Origin: an uncultured bacterium
GTDB lineage: Bacteria > UBP7 > UBA6624
Length of the DNA: 58,932 bases
Assembly: GCA_964012435.1 (NCBI GenBank)
Contig: CAXGSM010000008.1
Span: forward strand, 1-58,932
Direction of reading: 5' to 3'
A program made the position numbers and the translations under genes. How positions within the stretch are numbered: the stretch's first letter is position 1; the number at the start of each line of letters is the position of its first letter. The notes below the pieces were generated by a model, which did not search any database, was not told the origin of the DNA, and saw only the letters and a program-made list of their open reading frames with translations. Of the stretch, positions 1 through 9,277 are shown one piece after another.

Positions 1-81
1 TTCTTTGGTGCTTCAGCCTTGGCTTCTTTCTTTGGTGCTTCAGCCTTGGCTTCTTTCTTTGGTGCTTCAGCCTTGGCTTCT
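1..81. repeat. 27-bp perfect tandem repeat x3 (encodes EAKAEAPKK in S6), truncated by window edge
   Basis: ttctttggtgcttcagccttggcttct at 1-27, 28-54 and 55-81. Confidence 0.97.
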
Positions 82-416
82 TCTATTATGGGCGATTTAT
101 AGTTGGTATTTTTGAAAAATCTATATCTCAATATTCCTTCACTATCTTTAAGAAATGTTTCTATCTCCCTTTTTGTTTCTTGTTTTATATTAATTACAAA
201 GAAAGTGTAATCACCATCTCGAAATTTATCAATAGCGTATGCCATCCTCTTAACTCCCCAAGGGTCTTTCGTTATGACTTTGTCCTTGTTGGTTTTGATT
301 ATTTTTTCTAAAGCTTTAATTAAATTTTTATTTGCATCACTGCTCTCAGGACTTAAGATCAGTGCGAGCTCGTAAGAACGTATTTCAACGGTACGTTCTG
401 GAAATTTGTAAGACAT
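1..416 (-). CDS. rpsF: 30S ribosomal protein S6 (partial, runs off window) with EAKAEAPKK repeat tail
   Basis: Not in ORF track. Manual translation from ATG at 416: MSYKFPERTVEIRSYELALILSP...DPWGVKRMAYAIDKFRDGDYTF...EGILRYRF; YE..IL.P and WG.R.AY.I motifs of S6; AAGGAGG SD upstream. Confidence 0.95.
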   Translation of the reverse strand, partial: MSYKFPERTVEIRSYELALILSPESSDANKNLIKALEKIIKTNKDKVITKDPWGVKRMAYAIDKFRDGDYTFFVINIKQETKREIETFLKDSEGILRYRFFKNTNYKSPIIEEAKAEAPKKEAKAEAPKKEAKAEAPK

Positions 417-420
417 TTTC

Positions 421-477
421 TATCCTCCTTATGGTCTAATGATCTGCAATTGCAGACAAAAAGGTTCAGCTATTATA
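421..477 (-). promoter_or_regulatory. rpsF promoter (-10 TATAAT at 477-472) and S6:S18-type autoregulatory leader
   Basis: Minus strand reads CCUU...hairpin (palindrome tctgcaattgcaga, 443-456)...GA-CCA-U-AAGGAGG. CCUU can pair with the SD, and a CCR triplet sits just 5' of it, as in the known S6:S18 leader. Confidence 0.7.
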
Positions 478-482
478 TCTTA

Positions 483-1217
483 TTAATTCAATATTTTATT
501 AATGATTATTGCTGCTGCTGCTGAAACGCTCAGGCTTTCTATGTTTTTTGTTTTGATTGTTATTTTTTTGCTTTTTTGCAACCAGTCTTTAGGAATGCCT
601 TTTGACTCATGTCCAAAAATTAATGCTTTTTTTGATTTTTTCACTTCTATTTTTTTTACGTCCTCACCATTGCGGGCTACCGCTGCAAGGATTTCATGAT
701 CAAGCAGCCTTTCAAGAGTCTGGTCATCTATCCTGGAATAATTAATGCCAAATGAAGACCCCGCTGAAGATCTAAGGACAAGAAGGTTGTAGGGATCAGG
801 TGCTTCTTTTGCAAAGATGAAATCATTAACGTCATAACCGCGACTCGTTCTTATTATTGATCCAATGTTTGTAGGATCTTGAGAAAGCAATACGACTATG
901 TTTTTTTTATAAGACATTTTTTCTTTTTTCGGATAGTTTCCAATTGATATTATTGGTTCCAGTTTTGAAAGAATCATATGTTTTTTTATTAATTCTTTTT
1001 GCGATACCAAAATTTTTCCACTATAGTTTTTGCTAATCTTCTCAAAATATTCTTCAGTTGTTAGTATGCTTGGCTCCCAACCTCTATTAAACGCAGCATT
1101 CAAAAGCCTTAAGCCTTCAGTTCTAATTATGCGTTCTTTTTTTCTTTTTCGCTCATTTTTAAAAGGTCTAAACGTTTTTAAAGCAGGATTTCTGATTGAT
1201 GTTATTTTGTTTTTCAG
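483..1217 (-). CDS. TrmH/SpoU family RNA 2'-O-methyltransferase
   Basis: QDPTNIGSIIRT, LIFGHESKGI and ESLSVSAAAAI SPOUT motifs. The frame extends upstream of the 1103 TTG with ITSIRNPALK...EGLRL, a typical N-terminus; probable CTG start at 1217 (start uncertain). Confidence 0.85.
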   Translation of the reverse strand: MKNKITSIRNPALKTFRPFKNERKRKKERIIRTEGLRLLNAAFNRGWEPSILTTEEYFEKISKNYSGKILVSQKELIKKHMILSKLEPIISIGNYPKKEKMSYKKNIVVLLSQDPTNIGSIIRTSRGYDVNDFIFAKEAPDPYNLLVLRSSAGSSFGINYSRIDDQTLERLLDHEILAAVARNGEDVKKIEVKKSKKALIFGHESKGIPKDWLQKSKKITIKTKNIESLSVSAAAAIIINKILN

Positions 1218-1220
1218 TTG

Positions 1221-1523
1221 TTAGATTTCCAATTGTTCTTTTCTTTTTTCAATCAATAATGCAATTCTTCTCATTGTCGATTCCTTGATTTTTTTATTAG
1301 TAGACAAACTATCTCCATCTAAGTTTTCAGCAAGTGTGATATTTCCATCCCTTAAAGCATACAAGGCTGCAATTTTTTTAAATCTAGATGAATGATCTTG
1401 TGTGATGAAAGGTGCTATTTGAATCAAGATTTTCTTCATTTGCGATGTGTCAGAATCTATATTTTCCTCAAGAGTGTCCAAACACTTTTTTATTTGATTG
1501 TTGAAGTTTTCGATTTTGGACAT
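1221..1523 (-). CDS. hypothetical helical protein downstream of Hsp70
   Basis: 100-aa ORF filling the space between Hsp70 and TrmH genes on the same strand; no recognised motif. Confidence 0.7.
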   Translation of the reverse strand: MSKIENFNNQIKKCLDTLEENIDSDTSQMKKILIQIAPFITQDHSSRFKKIAALYALRDGNITLAENLDGDSLSTNKKIKESTMRRIALLIEKRKEQLEI

Positions 1524-1531
1524 TAAGAATA

Positions 1532-3310
1532 TTATTCTTCTTTTTCTTGTTTTTCTTCTTCTAGGTCATCCTCTGCTGACATAACGGTTATTTCAGCATC
1601 AGATAATATTATTTGAAGATGTTCAATTTCGCTTTTAATCTTATCTTCATCATGATCCATTGCTCTCTGCAGATTTGCTATTGCTGTTCTTAATGAGGTT
1701 TTTGTTTCATTACCAATGAATTTCTTTCTATCTCTTATAAAAGCCTCTGCTTCATATATTAAAGCATTTGCCTCTGAAGTTTCACCTATCTCATTCTCTT
1801 TTTGTGATGTTCTAACACCTATTTCCAATTGAGATTCTCTAACCTCTTCTGGACTTAATCTTTTTTGACTTGTCTTAAATGAAACTGATTTTGCCTTCTT
1901 GGAAGCTCTGTCTTTTGCTGTTACTTTAACGATTCCGTTAATGTCATAATCGAATAAAACGTCAACAAGTGCTTTTCCTGCATCTTGAGAATCTATTCCA
2001 GAAAAAACAAAATCTCCAAGTTTTGGATTTTTAGAAGCAACTTCATTTTCGCCTTGGAAGATTGTTATTTGGGCTTCTGTTTGCATGTCTTGAGTCGTAA
2101 CATAAGGTTTTTTCTTTGAACAAGGTATAGCTGTATTTCTAGGTATAACGACTGAAAATTTACCATCTTTTACTTCGATTCCAAGTGAGTGCGGAGCAAC
2201 ATCAACTATTACCATTTCTTCAAGCTTTCCTCTTTTAACACCTGCTTGGATTGCAGCACCAAGAGCAACTGACTGTTCTGGATCGACTTTATGGTCAAGA
2301 GTGCTTCCCACCAGGTCTTCTACAAATTGTTTTACTTTAGGGATTCTTGTGGTTCCACCAACAAGAAGAATCGAATCTAAGTCTTTGTAGCTTAGTTTAG
2401 CGTCTTTCATGGATTGCTCCAAAGGTTTTTTTGTTCTTTGAACCAATGGTTCAATAATGTCTTCTAGCTGATTTCTGGTAAGTGTTGCTTTGAGATGTTT
2501 CGGTTCCTCAGATTCGGTATAAATAAAAGGAAGATTTATTGTTGTTTCCAGATGTTCTGAAAGATCTTTTTTTGCAGTTTCAGCAGCATCTTTTAGCCTT
2601 TGCTGAATAACTCTTCTTTGAATGTCGTCAATTTCTTTTCCTTCCAGATCAACTTTTTCATTTTTTTTGAAATTTCCTTTTAGCCAATCAGCAATTGCCC
2701 AATCCATATCGTCACCGCCAAGCTGAACATCACCATTTGTTGCAAGAACCCTAAAAGCACCTTCTCTAGATTTGATTATTGAAACATCAAATGTTCCGCC
2801 TCCAAAGTCATAAACCATGATGGTATCTTTGGACTCCATATTTAAGCCATAAGCAAGAGCAGCAGCAGTTGGCTCATTCAGTATTCTCTCAACAACAAAA
2901 CCAGCTATTTCACCGGCATCCTTAACAGCCTGTCTCTGAGCGTCACTAAAATAAGCAGGTACAGTTATGACTGCTTCTTCAACAATTTCACCAAGGTATT
3001 CTTCAGCATCCAACTTCAATCTTTTAATTATCGCTCCAGCTATTTCTTGAGGCGTGAATTGTTCTTTTCCAAGAGTTATAGTCTTGTCCTCACCAAGCAT
3101 TCTTTTTATTGAAGCTATTGTTCTGTCAGGAAATGCAATTGATTGGTTTTTAGCAGCCTCTCCAACTAGCAAATCACCAGTTTCAGACATTCCAACAACA
3201 CTTGGTGTCAAAAGAGAATCTCTTGCATTGGGAATCAATTTTGGAGTATCTTTGTCCATGTACCCAATCAAACTGTTTGTTGTTCCAAAATCAATGCCTA
3301 ATATATTCAT
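1532..3310 (-). CDS. dnaK: Hsp70/DnaK family chaperone (probable paralog)
   Basis: GIDFGTTNS, TVPAYF, NEPTAAALAYG, DFGGGTFD, LVGGTTRIP and DVAPHSLG linker; GGAG SD and TATAAT upstream. Confidence 0.92.
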   Translation of the reverse strand: MNILGIDFGTTNSLIGYMDKDTPKLIPNARDSLLTPSVVGMSETGDLLVGEAAKNQSIAFPDRTIASIKRMLGEDKTITLGKEQFTPQEIAGAIIKRLKLDAEEYLGEIVEEAVITVPAYFSDAQRQAVKDAGEIAGFVVERILNEPTAAALAYGLNMESKDTIMVYDFGGGTFDVSIIKSREGAFRVLATNGDVQLGGDDMDWAIADWLKGNFKKNEKVDLEGKEIDDIQRRVIQQRLKDAAETAKKDLSEHLETTINLPFIYTESEEPKHLKATLTRNQLEDIIEPLVQRTKKPLEQSMKDAKLSYKDLDSILLVGGTTRIPKVKQFVEDLVGSTLDHKVDPEQSVALGAAIQAGVKRGKLEEMVIVDVAPHSLGIEVKDGKFSVVIPRNTAIPCSKKKPYVTTQDMQTEAQITIFQGENEVASKNPKLGDFVFSGIDSQDAGKALVDVLFDYDINGIVKVTAKDRASKKAKSVSFKTSQKRLSPEEVRESQLEIGVRTSQKENEIGETSEANALIYEAEAFIRDRKKFIGNETKTSLRTAIANLQRAMDHDEDKIKSEIEHLQIILSDAEITVMSAEDDLEEEKQEKEE

Positions 3311-3420
3311 AATAATTCTCCTATTCTTCTATTATAGATTTTCGATTCTGCAATAAGGTTATTTTTTTTGTTTAAAAATGCTTGTTTTTTGATTATTTTT
3401 AGAGGATTTTTAAATAAATC

Positions 3421-4002
3421 TTAATTTTTTCCTATAGAAACTTCTGAAGCCCTAATCACTTTGCCTTCATATTCCCAACCGGATTGATAAACCTGAACTA
3501 TCTTTCCTTTTGGTCCATCTGCAGTTCCTAAGGCTATATGTTTGTTTGGATCAAAAATATCACCAGCTTCTGGGCTTATTGCTGAAAAACCAAGTTTAGC
3601 TAATTGTTTTTCAAATAATTTTGTAACATCCTCTATACCAGATAAAACTTCTTTATTTTTTTCTGTTTTTTTTAGATAGCCTTCAGCTCTCTCCAATGCA
3701 TCTACAACAACAAGCATTGGCTTTACGGAATCTCTTTTTATTTTCTTTTTTTCAACCTCTTCAAGTTCTCCTTTCCAGGAGTTTAAAAATGATTTAAACT
3801 CATGAACTTTTTCAGACAGGTGAGCAACCCCTGTTGCTCCCTCGAATGCTTCAAATCTTGTAATTTCATCTTTGATTTGATTTAATGATGCACGTAAATC
3901 ACTAATTTCTTGCATTAAAGGGTTAACAATGGTGCCAATATTTAATGGGTTTTCTTCAACGTCTTGCCATCCTTTTAAGTGAACTTCTTGGTTTTGGCTC
4001 AT
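3421..4002 (-). CDS. grpE: nucleotide exchange factor GrpE
   Basis: VVDALERA, FDPNKHIA and QSGWEYEGKVIRASEVSI motifs; adjacent to Hsp70; ATG at 4002 preferred over TTG at 4011. Confidence 0.88.
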   Translation of the reverse strand: MSQNQEVHLKGWQDVEENPLNIGTIVNPLMQEISDLRASLNQIKDEITRFEAFEGATGVAHLSEKVHEFKSFLNSWKGELEEVEKKKIKRDSVKPMLVVVDALERAEGYLKKTEKNKEVLSGIEDVTKLFEKQLAKLGFSAISPEAGDIFDPNKHIALGTADGPKGKIVQVYQSGWEYEGKVIRASEVSIGKN

Positions 4003-4054
4003 TAGAATCAATTGTAATCAACTAAATTCAATTTCAAGTGTAATATTAATAAAA

Positions 4055-4612
4055 ATGTCAAAGCTCATTGTTGTTACTGGTCCTTCAGGCGTAGGCAAAA
4101 CAACATTAGGGAAATTTCTAATTCAAAATCTTAATTTGAAGAAAATTATTACATGTACTACTAGAAAAATAAGAACCGGTGAAAGAAATGGTGTTGATTA
4201 CAATTTTTTCTCACAGTTAGAATTTAAAAATCTGATAGAAGAAAACAGGCTTGCTGAACATGCAAATGTTTATGGCAATCTTTACGGCATATTGAAAAAT
4301 GATATTTACGGATCCTTAGAGTCATCTCATTCTTTGGTTATTGTTGATGTACAGGGTGCAGAAAATATTAAAAAGATAATAAAAAAAGATATTTTTGTTG
4401 TTTTCTTATTGCCTCCATCTAGAAAAGAAATATCTGAAAGGATATCAAAAAGAAACCAGGATTCAATTGCAAGTTATAAAAAACGAATTGATTTTTTGAA
4501 AAAAGAAATTTTATGGTCTTCTAATGCGGATGTCGAAATCATTAATGATGATTTGGAGAAATGTAAAAAAGAGCTAGGGAAAGTAGTTAGTTTATTTTTA
4601 GAAGCTTCGTAG
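4055..4612 (+). CDS. gmk: guanylate kinase
   Basis: GPSGVGKT P-loop, TTRKIRTGERNGVDYNF, YGNLYG, DVQGA. Confidence 0.96.
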   Translation: MSKLIVVTGPSGVGKTTLGKFLIQNLNLKKIITCTTRKIRTGERNGVDYNFFSQLEFKNLIEENRLAEHANVYGNLYGILKNDIYGSLESSHSLVIVDVQGAENIKKIIKKDIFVVFLLPPSRKEISERISKRNQDSIASYKKRIDFLKKEILWSSNADVEIINDDLEKCKKELGKVVSLFLEAS

Positions 4613-4628
4613 TAGAATAGATAACCTT

Positions 4629-4955
4629 ATGAGCGAAGAGAAACCAAGATATGAAGACATTATTGGTAGCGATAACATGAAAGGTATTGTTGCTATTGAG
4701 GACTTATTAAAAATTTATCCAAATCGTTATGTTGTGACTGAGATTGTTGCAAAAAGAGCTAATGATCTTGAATCAAGGCTCGATTTGCCAAGAGTAGATT
4801 TAGGTGATAGGGATTTACAGGAGGTTGGATATGTTCAAGTTGCAATTGCTGAATTTTTATCTGGTCAAATTAAACCAAAAATACCTGATGAAGCTTTTGT
4901 GCCTAGAAATCAATTTCCTGAAGATTACGAAAAAATTCCTTCAAACGAAATTTAA
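4629..4955 (+). CDS. rpoZ: RNA polymerase omega subunit
   Basis: NRYVVTEIVAKRANDL and VQVAIAEFLSG motifs; canonical position between gmk and coaBC. Confidence 0.82.
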   Translation: MSEEKPRYEDIIGSDNMKGIVAIEDLLKIYPNRYVVTEIVAKRANDLESRLDLPRVDLGDRDLQEVGYVQVAIAEFLSGQIKPKIPDEAFVPRNQFPEDYEKIPSNEI

Positions 4956-4967
4956 ATTTTTTTACGC

Positions 4968-6113
4968 ATGAAGGTCTTGATTGGTGTTGCTGGAAGTATA
5001 GCATCGTACAGAACCCCCGAATTATTAAAACATCTGTTAGACATGGGCATTGATGTTGAAGTTGTTTTGACCAGGGGAGCAGAAAAATTTATTGGACCAG
5101 CGTCTTTTGAAGGTTTGATTGGAAAAAAAGTTCATTCAAGCCTCTGGGAAGACCCTATGGCACATATACATCTTGAAAGGTCTTGTGATTTAGTAATTGT
5201 TTGTCCGGCAACTGCTCATTTGATTTCGAAATTGAATTCAGGATTGGCTGACGACCTTCTTACAAACATCTTGTTAGCAAAAACAAATAATGTCCTTCTT
5301 ATTCCTGCCATGAATACAAACATGTGGAACAATCCATCGATCATCAACAATGTTAAAGATTTGAAAAATAAAGGTTTTTCATTTTTAAACCCTGATGAAG
5401 GCTTGCTGGCTTGTGGGGAATATGGGGTGGGTAGATTGCCTAAAATTGATATGATTTTTTATGAAGCTCTTTTTCACCTTGAAAAGAAAACCTTTAAAAA
5501 TAAAAAAGTTTTGGTTACGGCGGGACCCACCAGAGAATTTATTGATGATGTTAGGTTTTTGTCAAATCCCTCGACTGGTAAAATGGGGTTTGCATTTGCA
5601 TTAAATGCTTGGGCAAAGGGAGCTGAGGTAACCTTGATTGCTGGTCCTGGAACACCTAATTCTCCTAATGGAATTCATAGAATAGATGTTGAATCTGCAA
5701 AAGAAATGAAAGATTCAATCGATGGTTCTTATGATTATGGTTTTTTCACTGCAGCTGTAACAGATTTTTCTTTAGGAGATAGAAAAAAAGGGAAACCATC
5801 AAAAGAAGATTGGCTTAAGGATGGAATTGCATTAGAGAGAAACCCTGATGTTCTCTATAGCAATGCAGCTAAATTTAATAAAATAATTGGTTTTTCAGTT
5901 TATTCTCAAGGGACTTCTTTAAATGCTGCACAAAAAGTGTTTAAAAAAGGGGCTGACTATGTTGTTACCAACAATGTTTCAAATTGTTTTGGCCACAGTG
6001 ACACAGATATTGAATTTTTTGACAGCAAGTTAAATTCAGAAGAATTTAAGGAAGTGGATAAAATAACTTTAGGTAGAAAAATATTAGATATTATTGGAGA
6101 TGAAAATGATTAA
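4968..6113 (+). CDS. coaBC: bifunctional phosphopantothenoylcysteine decarboxylase/ligase
   Basis: GSIASYR, PATA, PAMNTNMW, LACGEYGVGRL, TAGPTREFIDDVRFLSNPSTGKMG, AAVTDF. Confidence 0.95.
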   Translation: MKVLIGVAGSIASYRTPELLKHLLDMGIDVEVVLTRGAEKFIGPASFEGLIGKKVHSSLWEDPMAHIHLERSCDLVIVCPATAHLISKLNSGLADDLLTNILLAKTNNVLLIPAMNTNMWNNPSIINNVKDLKNKGFSFLNPDEGLLACGEYGVGRLPKIDMIFYEALFHLEKKTFKNKKVLVTAGPTREFIDDVRFLSNPSTGKMGFAFALNAWAKGAEVTLIAGPGTPNSPNGIHRIDVESAKEMKDSIDGSYDYGFFTAAVTDFSLGDRKKGKPSKEDWLKDGIALERNPDVLYSNAAKFNKIIGFSVYSQGTSLNAAQKVFKKGADYVVTNNVSNCFGHSDTDIEFFDSKLNSEEFKEVDKITLGRKILDIIGDEND

Positions 6114-7137
6114 AAAAATTACATTATTGTTTTTTATTTTTTCTAATTGTTTTGTTCTTTTTTCTCAAGAAGAAAGCAGAATAATTGGGAATATAGGTAA
6201 AGGTGAAAATCAAAAGCCTATATATTTTGAAGATTTAAGTTTTAACATTTACACGGAATCACAGCTGTATTACCAGCAAGGGAGGTCTCCTTTAACCGGT
6301 AGTCTTCTAGATGTTATAACCTGGAAGGTTTTTGAAATTGAATATCAGTCTCGCAATCTTGAATTTGAAAGCATTGATATTGAGTTGGATAATTATCTGT
6401 TTGGCGATCAGGCTAGAGCGAAAGCTTTTAGTTATTATTCTGAGGTTTTTGGATCCAAGATCGTTAAAGATCTTACAAGATCTAAATTAATAACTAGAAA
6501 AATGCAAGAATTACTTCGTTTTGAGCTTTTGGAGGCGAGTGGTAAAAACCCTACAGAACAAGATTTACTAGATTTTTATGTACAGTATCAAAAAGATGCA
6601 TTTACAGTTCCTGCATCATATCGTTTAGGAATGATTGAACTTCAAGACCCTTCAGAATCTGAAGAAGTCGAACAAAAACTTTTATCAGGAGAATCTTTTG
6701 AAGATGTTGCTTCTGCTCATTCAGAGCATTTTGACTCTGCTAGAAATGGTGGAAATTTAGGTCAAGACATGACAGAGGCAGCGATTAAGTCACAATTGAG
6801 CTTTGCTTCAGCTCAGATATTGGAAGCTGAAGAAGGTTCTTGGATTGGCCCTGTTTCTGTTTCCGCATCTTTGGGACAGGATTTTTTTTACTTTTTTAAA
6901 ATTCTCAATTTAGAAAAAGGTTATGAGCAAGCCTTCGAAGATGTGAGAGAGACAATATTAGATGAATTGACATTTGTAGAAGCAGAACCACTTTTGATGG
7001 ACTGGGTTATAGAAAGGTTGCTTTTTCATGGTGTTCAATTTGAATATGCTCTTTATGACGAAATTTATAAAGAAGCTCTACCTCAAGCTGCATCTGCATC
7101 AGAACAAACTGAAATGTTAAATTCTGAAGGTGAATAG
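6106..7137 (+). CDS. exported parvulin-type peptidyl-prolyl isomerase (PrsA/SurA-like)
   Basis: Signal peptide; GESFEDVASAHSEHFDSARNGGNLG rotamase motif; GGAG SD favours ATG 6106. Confidence 0.8.
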   Translation: MIKKITLLFFIFSNCFVLFSQEESRIIGNIGKGENQKPIYFEDLSFNIYTESQLYYQQGRSPLTGSLLDVITWKVFEIEYQSRNLEFESIDIELDNYLFGDQARAKAFSYYSEVFGSKIVKDLTRSKLITRKMQELLRFELLEASGKNPTEQDLLDFYVQYQKDAFTVPASYRLGMIELQDPSESEEVEQKLLSGESFEDVASAHSEHFDSARNGGNLGQDMTEAAIKSQLSFASAQILEAEEGSWIGPVSVSASLGQDFFYFFKILNLEKGYEQAFEDVRETILDELTFVEAEPLLMDWVIERLLFHGVQFEYALYDEIYKEALPQAASASEQTEMLNSEGE

Positions 7138-8777
7138 CTGTAACAAAACATTACAAAGTATTTATTACCTCAGATTTTTTTAGTCTGAAATCTTGGACTT
7201 ATTCTTTTAACAAAGAGATAAAAATAGGAACTTGGGTTTTGGTTGAGGGTTATGGGAATTCAAAAAAGAAAAAGGAAATATGGGGTTTAGTTGTTTCTAA
7301 GTCAGAACCTTTTGAAAATTGTAAAAAAATATTGACCATTGGTCCAAGTATGGAAAAAAATAGATATGATTTTTTTCAAGATTGTTTAGATTGTTTTGTT
7401 CCGCCTGGTCCAATTTTAAAAATTTTAATGCCTGGTAAGAATCCAGTTGAACCTATTAATTCTGCATCGCCGCAAGTCTTGAACATTTTCCCTAATTTAA
7501 AGACTTTGAAAAAACACGGTTTTAAAGCATTGACAAAATCAAATAAGAGTTTAACGGCTGTTGCAAAAGGCGAAAGGGTAAATGTTTTTGGACTTTTAGA
7601 CTCAATTGGTTTCCCCTTTTCAAATCTCGTAAAAATTAACATTTTTGAAGAAGGACATCCTGACTATAGGAGTTTTTATAAAAAAAATCGATATTCATGG
7701 TTCAGAGATGCTCGAACTTTACTCAAGAGGTACCAATTTTTTTCTAATTGCGATATTGAATGGCATACTGGCTCAGCTACCCCTTCGGTTGGTTCTTATT
7801 TGGAAAAATTGAAAAATTCTGATTACAGTCAGTTTTTAAATCCAGTTGTTGAGATTGGAAATGAAGGAATTACAGGCTTTAATAAGGAATTAAGATCTTT
7901 TTTTAAAAAAGGTCAAAAAGTTTGCATCTTATTGCCTGCAAAAGGCATTGGCAGTCTTTTTTGTAAGTCTTGTAAAAAGAATATTAGATGTCAGGTTTGT
8001 GATAAGGTTTTAGTCTTATCCAGAAATGAATTGAAGTGCATTCAGTGTAATCAAGAATGGCCAAAAATTAAAAAATGCAATGAATGTGATTCTTGGCTTG
8101 TAGCTCTAAGGCAAGGGGTGGACCATTTTAAAGACTGGTTGTTCAAGAAGGGCTTTTCCGTTTCTGAAATTGAAACAGTTACTTCAGACCAGAATGAAAA
8201 ACAAACAAGGGATTCTCTGGACAAGTTCAAAAAAGGTTTATCTCGAGTTTTATTAACTACTAATTTTGAAACTGCAAGAGAGAATCACGGTCAAAAAGTT
8301 TTATGGGTACCTTATTTGAAATATTTTTTTATTGATGATGATTTTCGTTCTTATGAAAATGGTTGGTGGAGAATGAATGCTTTGAATAATTTTGCTAGTG
8401 AGAATAATATCCGCTTATTGTTTGGTTTTTCCGGAGAGAAAATCACGCCTCTGGATTGTTTTCTACAACGTAATTTTTCTGATTTCTATAGACAGGAAAT
8501 AGAAATAAGAAAACAGTTTGACTATCCTCCTTTTGGTGAAATTTTAATGATTATTAGTAATCAGAAAAGATTGAATTTTATCTACAAGGGTAAAAAGCTA
8601 GAGGATATTGCAGCTGATTTACGTTACATAAGAGCATTTGACAATAAAGGAAAAGAGTCTACTCATTATGTTTATGTTTTTCAAGCCTTAAAGATTGATC
8701 AGGATTTTAAAAACTTTGTAAAAAGTTTTGTTTTAGAAAGTGAAAATATTAGAATTTATTACGAGCAAAAATTATGA
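7134..8777 (+). CDS. priA: primosomal protein N' (PriA)-like, helicase motifs degenerate
   Basis: Four CxxC (CKSC, CQVC, CIQC, CNEC), GSATPS, FYRQEIEIRKQFDYPPF; position before def/fmt. Frame is open from 7134; start codon uncertain (ORF track uses TTG 7239). Confidence 0.8.
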   Translation: MAVTKHYKVFITSDFFSLKSWTYSFNKEIKIGTWVLVEGYGNSKKKKEIWGLVVSKSEPFENCKKILTIGPSMEKNRYDFFQDCLDCFVPPGPILKILMPGKNPVEPINSASPQVLNIFPNLKTLKKHGFKALTKSNKSLTAVAKGERVNVFGLLDSIGFPFSNLVKINIFEEGHPDYRSFYKKNRYSWFRDARTLLKRYQFFSNCDIEWHTGSATPSVGSYLEKLKNSDYSQFLNPVVEIGNEGITGFNKELRSFFKKGQKVCILLPAKGIGSLFCKSCKKNIRCQVCDKVLVLSRNELKCIQCNQEWPKIKKCNECDSWLVALRQGVDHFKDWLFKKGFSVSEIETVTSDQNEKQTRDSLDKFKKGLSRVLLTTNFETARENHGQKVLWVPYLKYFFIDDDFRSYENGWWRMNALNNFASENNIRLLFGFSGEKITPLDCFLQRNFSDFYRQEIEIRKQFDYPPFGEILMIISNQKRLNFIYKGKKLEDIAADLRYIRAFDNKGKESTHYVYVFQALKIDQDFKNFVKSFVLESENIRIYYEQKL

Positions 8778-9277
8778 ATTTAAAAAAATTACCAAATGAT
8801 CTTAGTATATTGAGCAAAGCTTGTATGCCAATTAGAAACAAGATTGACCATAAATTGATTGCAAGAATGAAATCCATTCTCTGTGAAAATGATGGTGTCG
8901 GACTTGCAGCCCCACAGGTCGGCCTTGATTGCAGATTAATTTTATGTAAAGAAAGTCCTGAGGCAGAAAAAATTCATGTAATGATAAATCCAGTAATAAA
9001 AGAAAAAGAAGGTTTGGAAATTGACGCAGAAGGCTGTTTGTCTATTCCTGATTTGGCAGTTGATGTTCCAAGGCAAACAAAGATTAAAGTGACCTATAGT
9101 GATGAAGAGATGAATAAAAAAGATATAGTTGCTGAAGGTTATTTTGCGAGGGTTTTGCAGCATGAAATTGACCACTTGGATGGAATATTGATCATTGACA
9201 GGGGTGTGGAAAATGGTTTTTTTTACAAAGGTGAACAGGTATCTAAAAACGAGGTTGATCAAAAATTTTTAATATAG
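8774..9277 (+). CDS. def: peptide deformylase
   Basis: GVGLAAPQVG, EGCLS, QHEIDHLDG. Confidence 0.97.
   Translation: MNLKKLPNDLSILSKACMPIRNKIDHKLIARMKSILCENDGVGLAAPQVGLDCRLILCKESPEAEKIHVMINPVIKEKEGLEIDAEGCLSIPDLAVDVPRQTKIKVTYSDEEMNKKDIVAEGYFARVLQHEIDHLDGILIIDRGVENGFFYKGEQVSKNEVDQKFLI

Noticed and set aside
1..81. 27-bp repeats as a CRISPR array
   Set aside because: No spacers; in-frame coding repeat within rpsF.
3311..3420. CIRCE or other heat-shock operator near grpE/dnaK
   Set aside because: No TTAGCACTC-N9-GAGTGCTAA inverted repeat; only an AT-rich tract with a -10 box and SD.
7131..9258. UGA recoding (code 4 or 25) to explain missing starts of priA and fmt
   Set aside because: Reading through those TGAs gives no nearby in-frame canonical start, many genes end at TGA in ATGA overlaps, and Trp is encoded by TGG.
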